Below are positions 43,219 through 56,263 of a stretch of DNA of 64,000 bases, piece by piece. How positions within the stretch are numbered: position 1 is the first letter of the stretch; every line of letters starts with the position of its first letter. The notes beneath the pieces are model-generated. The model searched no databases. It was not told the DNA's origin and was given only the letters and a program-made list of their open reading frames with translations. Origin of the DNA: an uncultured virus (IMG/VR IMGVR_UViG_3300021400_000104) (Duplodnaviria > Heunggongvirae > Uroviricota > Caudoviricetes); the IMG/VR virus record IMGVR_UViG_3300021400_000104; one strand, given 5' to 3'. A program made the translations under genes and the position numbers.

Positions 43219-44506
43219 ATTGCAATACTTTCGAATTAAAATATGTCATGTCGCCATTCTACTATCTATAATATAAAAGATTACCTGCTCCTCCAGAATC
43301 TCCTTCATCTTGTTTAGTTTTTGTATTATAATTTACATAGAATGCATGAGGATAATAGCTCATTGGGCTTAAATTATAAATAGGAATTTGCTAATATGCA
43401 TAAATAATTCTTTTCTTTATTTCTTCATCACTACTCAATTCTGATCCATATAATTCTGGATATTTTAAATTTTTATAGACAAGCTAAGCTAATGTTAAGT
43501 CTAAGTTTGTTTTTGCCAACCATTTTGACTTATTTGCAAACTAATTTGGATGTAAATTTTCAAACCATTCCTTCATTGTATTTCCAGTATGTTTTTCTCC
43601 AATCATTTTTGCTCGCAATAATTTTGAATAGGCTACATTACTAAAACCATCAAAATTAAGTTCCATAGAGCAAATTGCAGTAGCATATCTAACTCCACGA
43701 CACTAAATATTGTTAATTAAATCATTCTCTGTTTCAGGATATTTTCCAATCCAATTATCAGAAAGAATTTTGCTTGCATAGCAATTTACAGCATCCTAAT
43801 TCATATTTTGAACATATTTAATTTGACTTACATCTACAGAGATATTACTATTACTACTTGCCTCCTTCCATGTTGCAAGACTAACAATAACCTCCCAACA
43901 TCTCCCAGGTTTCCATTCATCTTTTGCCCATCTTTTTAATCCATCTTTTTGTTCTTGAGTTAAATTTAAATTATCAATATCACTTATTCTGACATCTTTT
44001 AAAAAGGTTTGAGGTCCAATTAGTGCCCCACTTAAATTAGTAGAAAAATCAAGATGCAGGTGTGCTCCTGCAGAACCAACTGCAGGATCACCAACATATC
44101 CAATAATATCTCCCTATTTAACATGATCTCCAATTTTAAACTAAAAATTCCCAATATGATAATAACGAATAATTAATTTCCCCCCAATAGAGCCATCTCC
44201 GCCAATATATCCTTGACTATCCATATGGTATCCATCTTCATCGCCCTATACTAAAATTTGCATAGATCTATACGAACTAGTATTATCTTTTCCTGCTCTT
44301 ATAACAATACCATCAGTCATTGCTCTAACAGGAGTTCCTTCTTTACAATTCAAATCTAATTTTCCAGTTCCATGTCCAGTGCTACCATTATAAGGACCAT
44401 ATGTATGTGCTCCATGAAAAGAACGTGAATAATATTGTGTTGCTATTCTGTCATCAGTTGTCTAATCATAATATTCTTTTGGTAATGGGTACAAAAAATT
44501 TGGCAT
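43217..44506 (-). CDS. M23 family peptidoglycan endopeptidase domain protein, 429 aa
   Basis: HGTGKLD, GTPVRAMTDG, YYH, GDHVK[Q]GDIIGYVG and GAHLH motifs; multiple TAG. Absent from the track. Confidence 0.8.
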
Positions 44507-44524
44507 TTTATTCACCTCTTTTGA

Positions 44525-47500
44525 TTAAGTTGGATCTTCAATATAATAGCCAGCCACAGCAGCAGTATCAGCACCAGAGCTACCACCAGAACTAGAGCTT
44601 CCACTCCAATTCTAAATTGCATTTACGAAGTCCATTAATGAAAAAGTTGTATACTAATAAGTTCCATTATCATTGTAAGCTAAAAAGAAAGAAGACCAAT
44701 CACACCAAATCTATCCATTTCTAGACATAACTATACTTGGATTATTAATTCTAACTTCATCTGGCATGTACTGTAATCCAGAAATATCTAATTTTTTACC
44801 ATAAAAATCTGTTACTGTGCCGCCAAGGTATAAAACACCATTTTTAAGTACAGATAAAATATTATTATACTTTACTTCTGATTTAGAATGATTAATTGTA
44901 GAAATCATAAAGGTACGTTCAGCTCCAGATAATATTGCCTCCTACGCCTACATATTCTATTCAGCAGGAGCATCCTTAGAAATAGTCTAATCAGAAATAT
45001 TTGTACGATCTTCAAACAAACTGCCTATATCTAATGACCGTTTATTATTAATAAATATACCAACTTCTGAACTACTAAAGTTTTCTTCGGAATTTACCGC
45101 CATATCATCAGTGGCTTCCTTATTCTCCCAATAAGTAACTTGCCCATTAATTGTTATTGGATAAAAAGATTTTATTTTATAATTATTAGTATTGCTGTCA
45201 TAATACTCAAACTCCTAAAGTGATGGATTTTGAGTTGTACGGTATGTCTCTTCAGTATCTATACTATCAAATATATAAGAAATAGATGAAATAATTATTT
45301 TACCTATATCATTAGTATCATATATCTTATCATCAACTTCTCCTTCTGATAGCACATAGGTATCATTTTCGTCTAAATAAGTGATTTCCGCATTTGAATC
45401 ATCAATAGAATTTTCATCATAGTTAGAAATAATTTGTGGCAAGCTATTAGCTAAAAAGTCTCCCTAAAGCCAAGAAATTAAGTCAGATACGTCGAAATTC
45501 TAATTATTTAATTGTAACTAATTAGTAGAAGTAAAATAAGCTGAAATAATATGCCATATTCTAAATTCAACTTGCCCCGTTATTTCAGTCAAGTTATTTA
45601 AGCCACTCAATAATTCATAAATATATAATTCAGGGAAATTATAGATGTAATTAATATTATCAGGATCTTCATCATTAATCTCTTCTTTTATAGAATAATA
45701 ATTATCCCCTGCAGGATTAAAAATATAACTAAAAGTACGAAGCTAATCAGTTTCTGGAGTGCTACCATGACTTAATCCTTTATTATTACTAATTATTCCG
45801 ATATGCGGCGAAGAGGTCTAGTAAGAATCAATTATTTCTTTCATCTTATTTGACTTAATTGTAAATCTCTATGCATCAATTAATTCTTCAACATTTTTTT
45901 CAGAGAAATTCCATTTGTTTGACATCTGATAAATACTTTTAGTTATTTCTGTATCAAAAGTTTCAATATTACTATCCAAAACTTTATTTGTTACAAACAT
46001 TTCTCCAGTTAAAGATAATCTTGCAGTATAATTAGCAGATGCGTCTTCTTTATACTCAGATTCTGTTTCCGTCTTAAAAATTGCCTGCCCCTAATTATTG
46101 TATAAATAAAAACCGATATTCTAATCAGTTAAAGGCAATTCTTTTGTATAGTCTCCAGTCTAATTATATCCATCATTATTAGATTTATATTCATAGCCTG
46201 CTCTTAAACGAATATTATTATTTTCGACTAAAGATAGCCCATATCTATTAAATCTGGTAAAATCGACTAATCCGCTAGTGCTAGTTGCAGGATTTCTATA
46301 AGAATTAATACCATCCTTATCCCATAAGAAATAAATATAATTGCCATTCATAATCTAAATTTTTGAAGTATCTAATGAACCAAATTTAGCATAATCCATA
46401 TTAATTCCTTTTGGTCCTAGGCCGACATCCCATGTTTCTCCTGCGTCTGTAGAGAATTCAATACCCTATCCAGTTATTCTATATTGGCTCGCCGCGTTAT
46501 TAATATCGTTACCTTCAGTTCCATTTTCATCTATAATAATATTATCTTTTGCTGTATCAAGTAAAGTTAAATCTCCAATATCAAGAGTATCTTGTAGACT
46601 CTCTGTTGTTATATACTACTATGCAGTAAAATTAGATGCTCGTTTATAAACATTTTCATTAAAAGTCAATGATTGTACCGAAGCAGTAATTGATTCAAAC
46701 AAATCTGAAAAATCTGAAGTATAATTAATAATCCCAATAGAATTATTTGATGGCTAATCTAAGTCATAAGTAATTTCATTAATAAGGACCTTCTGTCTAT
46801 TAGGTAAGCCGGTAATAGGATTTATTCCAAAGAAATCTATATCCTCTACAAAAGTTGTATCAGCAAGCTCAAATACATAATCTTCATCAAATGCACTTAA
46901 ATCAATAACGCTAAAAGAATACGTTATCTTTGGTTTACAAGAATCTTTAAGTACCTATACTCCCGCCCAATAGTATTCATTATCTGTTAAATAATTGCTA
47001 TCACTAAAAGTCCCTTCTTTTATAAATGGCTCATATTTCTAATAAAACTGTTTTGATAAATCATTGATTTTGTTCAAAATTTTTGCACGTTCAGTTTTCC
47101 AATATTTAACTTCATTATATAGACTTCTATATTTTCCAAGATTACCATTTATCTCATATAAGAATTGATCAACAATTTTTTCTTTAAAATCTACCCAGCT
47201 ATTAAATGGCGGTACATATTCAGGAACATCCGGAAAACCTTCAATTACAAGTCTCCAAAATAGTTCGCCCTTACAATATTTGTTATAAAAATTATTGTAT
47301 ACATTCTTATATGGAGCATCTTTTTCAATTGCCTCTCCATATTTAATAACATCAAAACTATAAAGATTTTCTTTCTAATCAATTTTTTTAGTTATAATTG
47401 GCATTGAAAAATAATCTTGAGAATAAAATAACTATTCAATTAATCCCCACAAAATAGAAGCCTATTCTCTGTATTTAATTACATAATTTTTATAGGTATC

Positions 47501-50278
47501 AGAAGTTGTATAAGAAGAAGTTGTAACATTGTTCCTATTAATTTTAACGCTCTTAAACTAATACATTGTCTAAGCGATTTTTTTCTTTTCCTCTAAAGCT
47601 GTGGTTACTCCAGTAATAGATACCTCATTCTACGCCTATAATTCAGTAAGAGTTTCTCCAGTTAAAGTTATAATCAAATTAGAATATTTATCATATAAAG
47701 TATTTAATGCTCCAATTCTTGGTAAGAAAGAAAAGTCTTCTTTCTTAATACCATATAAATCTCTCTATACCATTTCAGCATCCATACTTCCATTATTTGT
47801 ATAATAAGAAAAATCCAATATATAAGAGGTTTTTCCAATATTATCAGGAGCGGTTTGAATGGAATTTAGTCCATTTTTCGCATATGACGAATCAATATTT
47901 TCAACATATAGCTTTGTAGTAATTGCCCCAGAATCTAGTGTTCTGCTTGAAGAAGATAAATTCTTTTCATATCTGAACCCTATTTTCTATTCTTTCCCCT
48001 TTTCAGTCATATAGAAAATTCTTTTTATCATTTTTCCATTTTTATCTAATAGAACCTTTCCATTATCTTCATGCTCAATATAAAAATATGGATATATCTA
48101 AAATATTTTCCCAGTCTCTTGTACTAAATTAAATCTATTTGATTTAGACTGCTATAAAGTTCTAATTCTTCTTGGATGTTTTTCAGTAGAAAAACGATAC
48201 GGACAATATCCAAGTTTCTAATACATACATTCTTTTTTACATGTATTTGAATTATCGCCGTAAGAGCAATCACACCACTAGTTCTATGAGCTGCTTTGTT
48301 CAGGATGATAATATTTACATTGCAATAAATCAATTTTTGCGGTAATAATACTTATATCATCATCAGTATAAATAGTGTCATCATATCCACCATTACTTGT
48401 ATCTAAATAATCTTCAACTTTGAAAGAATCTTTATAAAGGTATTCTCCCGTAAAAATGGTAAAATTATCCTCATATTTTGGAGCTTTTATTGCTTCAACA
48501 AAGTAAAGCTATTCTCCATATGTCTCTCCCAATGTGACATCAGTTTCCAATAATATATCACATTCATGTGCTAAAGCTACATAAATAGGCTATGTATACC
48601 TTTCGCTATTCCATCCTGATGGAAGATACTTTTTATTAGTATTCTATTTTGTTATATCAATATTCCTACCTGTATATTTATAAGTAAAATAATTATCATC
48701 AAAACTCATAATTCTTGAAGTCTCAGATGAATCTTCTGGATTTCTCTCTTGCGGGCGCACAGTGGTATAATTTTCCTAAATAAAATCATGTCCTCTAGTA
48801 TATGCCTCAAATAGCTCTAAACTATATAGATTCAAAACTTCTTTTTCTTGACTCAATAGTAATTTTACGTCAAAATTTATATTATTTAAATTTCTTAATG
48901 GTTTCTTTGCCGCTTCGATAAAGGTAGTGAAATTTATTGAAGAATTTTCTACATATGATTCCCCATTCCACTCTTTATATACAAAATTAACTAAAGACTT
49001 ATCTTTAGCTGTAAAATATTTAGTTAATTCGTCATCATTTTCTGAATACCTATTTCCTGTATCTTTATCATAAATTTCTAAAATAATAGATGGAAAAATT
49101 CTTGAATCAGACTCTTCTGAACGACTTTTACTTTTTTTAATTAGCTAATCTAAAGCAGAACAAAGAACTACTAAATCACAATCTATACTTTTATCTTTTA
49201 TACTAGGATATAAAAGATTTTCATTCTTTTCGCCAAGAATATTTTTATTCAAAATAGTTAGATTATTTTTATCCACTGAATTTCCCAATACTCTTTCATT
49301 ATTATTAAAACCGATAAAATTTATTTTCCAATTAGCGAAATTAGAAATATAGTTAGAAGATAAATTCATTGCTCCTTTTGTGTAATCAAGAGTAATAGTT
49401 CTTTCAGCAATTTCATTAGAAATTTCTTTACCAGGATTACTTGATGAAGAAGGTGAAGACGAAGAAGAAGAATCATCCTCATTAGACTAATTAATTTTTA
49501 TTAAATTACATGGAGCATCGGAACTTCCACTCACTGTATCCATTTGATATAAATAGGTATATCCATCTGGCAAATAAGGGCTTCCAAGAATAATCTGATA
49601 TTGTAAAGTCTCTCCTTCTATTGTGCAAACATACTGCTGGCCGCCAATAGCAGCTTTTATACTTCCATTATAATTCTTATAATATCCAGATCCTAAAAAT
49701 AAACCTTCTCTGTCATATTTAATTTCAGTTACAGTAAAAGTTGTTCGATCTATTCCCTGCCCTCGAATTATTCTTTTTGCGCGATGAGGATAACTAATAT
49801 CATCACTTGATAATATATAAACATACTATTGATTATCAGAATCTTTAAGTAAAAATAATCCGTAAAGGATAACTTCTTTCTGTTTATAAATATTATAATA
49901 TGTAGTTTCACTCATCTGTCGAACTGCTCTAATTAATGCTCTTGCAGCATCATTTTTTGAAGTAATATTTGCAATATGATTTACATATAAATCTACTGCC
50001 GGCGTTTCATCTTCTTTTCTATGAATTAAAATTAATTCGTCCTTTGAATAATTCTTTTGCAGTTTTCCATTTTTTACACAAAATATAATTCCCTATTCTG
50101 ATTGTAATGTTGTTCCTGTGAATGTTTCTTTTGGATTATTAGTATATTTTATTGTATACTGACCAACAGTTCCAGAATAACTATATTTTACATCAATGAC
50201 CCTATAATTACTTTTACTAGAAGAGATATTGCTAATCTAGCTATTCTAATAAATTATATCACTTAAATAATTACTCAT
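44525..50278 (-). CDS. Large minor tail / baseplate protein (~1917 aa)
   Basis: ATG at 50278 with a GGAGGTGA RBS; track fragments 49145, 46160, 45215 and 44711 share this frame; SNRFNL...GFRYEKNL and FWDKDGI motifs. Continuity was spot-checked, not read codon by codon. Confidence 0.7.
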
Positions 50279-53200
50279 CACTGTCACCTCCATTAGAACT
50301 CTCTAAATTTAAATAAACTATACCCTATGCCTAATTATCAAAAAATAAAACATAAGGAATTGAATTTTCTTGATTGCCACTTTTTAAAAAAGTCTAACAA
50401 AAAGCTGGACTTTCAATAGAAGTGCTGCCAGTCCATGCCTAAGTATTATATTTCAAATATTCATCTTTCCATTCAAAAGATCCAGATGAAATTTTTTCTG
50501 AATTAGGATTAAAGAATCCTGTTTTTTCGTCATATTCAATAGCATCTAAAAATTCTTTAGTAAAATTACTTGAACTAACGGGAACTAATTTTATTTTTAT
50601 ATTATCATAATAATAGCTGTCTTTATATGAATTTATCATATATCCATAATCATTTCTTTCGGAATATGTATTTTGTGTAATGGTATCAAAGACAATCTCT
50701 AACGGACCGGATTCCATTTTAATCCCGATATACGGATTTTCTATTGTCTAATTAGCTTTAAATAATAAAAATGGCTCATCTAATATACCATCATCTGAAT
50801 TATTATCCCAATGCCATCCATCTCCATCTTTAATGTGTTTAATATATTTAGTAATACCAAGCCCATCTTTACAATCATCAATGCTCTCTCCTGATGGCAC
50901 ATACATAATTCCATTAATAGTAAACAAGTCCTTAAAAGTGATATAACTATTATCACTTTCTTTTATATCACCATTTTCATCTTGCGCGCCTTCTATTTCA
51001 TAATTACCATCAATATTAACCGAGCCTTGTCCTATAATAATCTTATTTAAGTCTGCATTTAATTTTTTCTCAAAAATTTTATCATATGTTATATAAGTAT
51101 CACACCAATCTCTAACCATACCATTTGTGAGTTGAACTCCATCAGAAGTTAAATAAGAATTGCCCTTTACAGCTGTAGATGGAAGGTTCTAATATAGAGC
51201 ATATTTTATAAAACGTATATCTGAATTTGTATAAATAGTAACATTATTATCATTAATTGAAGGCTTAATTGCAATGCTGTTAAATTTAGAATATTTTTCT
51301 TTTTTATTTTTATCATATGTTGGAATTATTCCAGTAATTTTATCCTTATTTTTTATTGCAATACTATCTTTTCCATCCGCTTCTACATTATTTTTATCCC
51401 AATATTTTATATTTTCTCCACCGAATAATATTGCATTTAATATCCCGTCTACTAATTTCAATTTATCATTTTTAGTTATGTCATTTTCTTTTGGCCAATT
51501 ATCAATTAAGAATTTGAAAAACTCATATTCTTCATTTAGCCCTAATGCTATGATTTTTTCACTATCATTATTCTAAAAATAATCTAAATATTGCTTATAA
51601 GTTAAAATTGTTTCTTTATACAGTTCCGCTTTTTGTTCAAAATTATCTTCAATGTGTTCTCCTTGTACGCCGCTCCTATAAGTAAAATATGCCCCAGTTT
51701 GCTTAATATTCCCTGTTCTCATTCTTAAAGCATAAACTTTATCTTTTTCAATTTTCTTTTCCTAACTAATTAGACCAAAATTTAATACATAATCTACCTA
51801 AGTAGTTCCCTAAAGAGAAAAATCTTCCGTATTCTAAAAACCAGGACTTTTAATTTCTAAGTAATAATCACTTACAGTCTCATCATCTATACTACCATCT
51901 ATATCATACTCATCAATAGTTACATTCACATTCTCATCTTTTGCTCTCTATAATGTAGATTGTGTTTCTATAGATAATAAGTCAACAGATGAACCTGTGC
52001 CGGCCAGCTTCTCGTGATTTCTATTTTGAGTTCGAGCTTCCCAACCATTAGTATCAGTAATCTCAATCCCATTCTCGACTAAATTTCTGGCAAGCGTCGG
52101 CACGATTAAACGAGTTTGTTCTTTTGAAGTAACTCTAAATTCTTCACCATCTTTTATTAAATTAATAATTTCTTCTTCTGAATATAATGATTCTTCATTA
52201 TTACCACCATTAAATTCACTTGATAAATTATTATATACTTTAACAAAAGTGTCTGCATTTTTATTATATTCTGTTCTATCAGCGATAGAAATTTTTCTAG
52301 CTTCTGTCACTTCAGTATCATTTATTTTTTCTAAATATCCATCACTATATACCGGCCACCATGTAAAATCATCTATAGTAGAAGAATAGGGATACACATT
52401 TATTGTGTAAGAAATTCCGTTTTCTTCATCTTGGCGCACATCATATTTAGGGTTTACAGGAGTTTCAGAAGAAGTAACTGCTGTCCAATAAATTATTCCA
52501 TTCTTAATATTAGATAGCTACTATTCCAATATAGCGTTCCATTCTTCGATGGGAATAACATAATGATAATTATTATTAATTAACACGCCTTCTTCATCAA
52601 TTTTTAACTCGTCTCCATCTTCAAAAAATAAAAGCTAAATCAAGTCTCTAGGATTTTTTGAATAAGGCTAAAGAGCATATGTTTTTTTCGAATCTGTTCT
52701 ATAACTACCATACAAAGCAGGCTCTTCGATAGCTTCATATGAGTTCTGATAAACGCTACCGGTAATTACGGATAAATCTGTAATAGGAACATAAATATAT
52801 TTTCCTTCTATTTTAACAAGATTATTAGAAGATAGTAATTCTTCTCCATTATCTTTATAATATTGATCCCAAAATAATCCATATTCTCTTGCTAAATCGT
52901 CTCCATATTCTAAAGGCCGTTTTTCATTTGTAAATATATTCAAAATAGAAGATAGCTTTGCTAGATATTTATTTTTTTCTTTTTCAGTCATATCCTTCCA
53001 AATTAGCTAGTCATTGTCAAGCCTCTCCTATAAGAATACGTTTGGAATTAATTTTCCATTTTCTTCATAGAAGAAAGCCTTATTATTAACACCTAACTTT
53101 ATAGGATAAGCAGAGATTGCCCCTCCAAATTGAGATAATGGAATCTTATAGAATTTCTATTCATTATATTCTACAAAATCTCCAATATTATTTTCAGGGC

Positions 53201-53687
53201 TATATTTCCAAATGCTATCTTCTAAGATTATCTCTGTAAAAGTACCAAGTTCTTCGACACTATTATTTAATTCATTATCAAATTGAATATCATATCCAAT
53301 TCGTGACAATTCGTCTATAAAGCAGTCTTCACAAGTATAATTATACATAATAGCTTTAAACTATTTCTATTCTGAAATACTCTTTACATAAAACTCAAAC
53401 CACATGTTAGAATATTTCAATTTTAATTTTGTTTCATTCTTTAACAAGTCGCTAAAATCGTTATGAACATATTTCCCTGCTTTCGAATCATAAAACTTAG
53501 AAGGGAGCTAAAAAGTTAAGGTATTAGTACCCTTAATTTCTCTTTTTAATTTAATATCTGTAGCTCTACCTAGAAATTCCATATCATGGGCGCCAATAAT
53601 GGCGCCCTTTTTTTCTTTCTTTATCCCATTACTATCTAAATATTCAGTCCAGATACTTAATTCATATTCTTTTTTCTGGATTGCCAT
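50271..53687 (-). CDS. Tal/baseplate-hub-like minor tail protein (~1138 aa)
   Basis: MAIQKKEYELSIW...GTNTLTF[Q]LP...ELSRIGY N-terminus; six track fragments share this frame; lies after Dit. Confidence 0.72.
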
Positions 53688-53700
53688 TTCCTTTCACCTC

Positions 53701-56247
53701 TTAATAGAATAATGGGACATACTTAATTTGTAATTTATTAAGTAAGTCTGCATAGCCCCAATACAATGGAGGGAAGTTTGCCCAGATATAATCACAAGCA
53801 TACCACCACCATTCATCAATATCACCAATGCAACTACAATTAGCATCAGTGGTATTAACTCTCCAATAATCAGCAAGCAATTTTAAGAAACCATATTCAT
53901 CAGCTTCTATTCTGTGCCGCCAAATTTCATGACCTAATCCAAGTAATGAACCTTTTCTCTTCATATTAACATTTTCTTCATTATAATAATCATCAAAATA
54001 TGCCTCAGCCATATTTCCATATACTGAAAAGCCCTTTTCGTTCTCATGCCAACGGCGGAACTATAAATAATCTTCAATCTAATATAATTCAAGACTATTA
54101 AAATATTCTCTTAATCCATTTTGCGTAGTGTCTTCAGGCATTTTCCTCCTATCATTATCTTCGTTCGGACTCTATACAACAGAATATTTTTCTAATACCT
54201 CTAAAGGCACATTCTATGACAGATATTCTATTGCCGCGGCACGATAAACTCCATTGAATTTCTTTCTAAAATCCTCATTAGGAGTTCCCCAATCAAATGG
54301 GCGACCATCAAGCCATCTCTTTCCACCCCATACGTCCTCATCAACAACAGGACTTATATCAATCATTGACCATCCAGGTGGTAATTTAAACCAGTGCCCG
54401 CGCACGATATTTTCATTAAATAACTGTTTCGTAGGTTTAAAGTTAAAAAAGTTATCATTAAACTAAGGATTATCTTCTAAAAATTCTCTTCCTTCTTTTG
54501 TACGCGAATCTCTCCACTTCGGGTCATTTATATTATACAACATTCTTTTCTCAGTGTCAAGAAAAAGAGGTTTAATAGTTGATCTATTGACATCATCATT
54601 ACAGTGACAATTATCACATCCACAACAACAATTAGGAATTTTATCAAAGTCTTTATTATTAATATCAAAATAATCAAATGTATAATATCCAGGATAACGA
54701 GTTAAGTTAAATAAAAACTATCCATATTTTAAGTTTAATTTTTCTCTTATATATTCTGGTGGACTATAAATATAGTCATGAATAAAATCTTCGTAAGTAT
54801 AGTTCTCATTAAAAATACCAAGTCCTGGATCAACATAATTCTTAATATATTCATCTGCATCTTTAAATCTGTCTAAAATAGTATCTTTTAAAGTATGCCA
54901 ATATAGTTCATATCTTTCATGGTCATTAATACAACCTGCATAAAGTTCTTCATATCTATTAGCATATTCTTTACCCTATTCAAAATTTATTACTTCCTGC
55001 ATCATTCCATCTTCAATTAAAGAACTCTACCAATAAAATAACCTAATAAAATAACCTAATTTTTCTTTTGGAATAGGCTCAACTATATATGTATGCTTTG
55101 GATGAGAAAAACTAAGATTTTCATAAGTAGGCTCATAATTATCAGTTCCAAGAATTGGTGCCGGCGCGCCTAAAATTGTAAAATAACGATTACCATATTT
55201 ATAATCTTCATTTTCTTTTTTACGATAAGTTTTTAATCCTGTAAAGTCTACTGCTTCAGGAATTGTTAATCTCTATACATTGTATCTACTAATTCTAAAA
55301 GTATAATTATCTGTATTTTTTCTAAATTGAGAACTTAAATTTCCGAGTCTTATTTCAAAATCTATCGGCAAATCTCCTGGATTATAGACTAAAACTCTAC
55401 TGCCAATTAATCCATTCTAACGATTAAGTCCTGTATCCATATTATAATAATTTACTTTACTATATTGAGGACAATAAATTAGCTCTCTATCATAGTCTAA
55501 AGTTGGAGTAGTTAATAGTTTTGCCGTGCCTTCCCATTCAGGAATATTGTCCCAATATCCTCTTACATCTATAATTTTTTTACGTCCATCTGGCGCATTG
55601 AAATATAGTTCGCCCCATTGAACCTAGTCAATTGCTGGATAACCACCCTTCCAAGGTGTACTCATATTTGGTTCAACATTATAATGATTTTTTATTAAAC
55701 CAGGTAACATTTTGGGTGCTTTTTTCTTTTTATACGGATTATCATTAATAGAACGAGTAATTATCTCTTTAGGCTATAAGCACTTATAGTAATCGGCCGC
55801 GCGCACAACATACTTATTAAAGCAATATGCATATGGGAAATAGCAAATAAAATTCAAAGTTCCTTCTCCCTTGTAAACTCTCTCTCCTGTGTCTCTATCT
55901 GTAAAACAGATAAATTTAAAATCAGGTTTATTGGAAAGTTTTGCTCTGTATGTCTTAAATGGCATCTCATCAAATACTAAATCTTGAGGCTTATCAGTAG
56001 AAAAAAGCTATTGAATTTCTCTAAAATTCTATTCACTTACTTTATCAAAAGCTACATCTATCTAAAAACTTCTATTTCTAAAAGTCTGTCCAAAATAATA
56101 TTCTCCATCTCCTCCAGGCACTTCAATAGTATAATCTGTAGGATCAGGCAACAGGTTTTTTTCGTACCTGTCGCCTGAACTTACAACTACTAAATGAAGG
56201 CGCTCAGAATGGATATTTCCAAAGCGGAAGCCAGTAAAATCTCTCAT
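53701..56247 (-). CDS. Distal tail (Dit)-like protein with large insertions, 848 aa
   Basis: FTGFRFGNIHS...EVPGGDGEYYFG...LVFDE.P.K.Y...F.CY.PYA and NPGD motifs; directly after the tape measure gene. Confidence 0.8.
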
Positions 56248-56263
56248 TCTGCCTTTAACCTCC

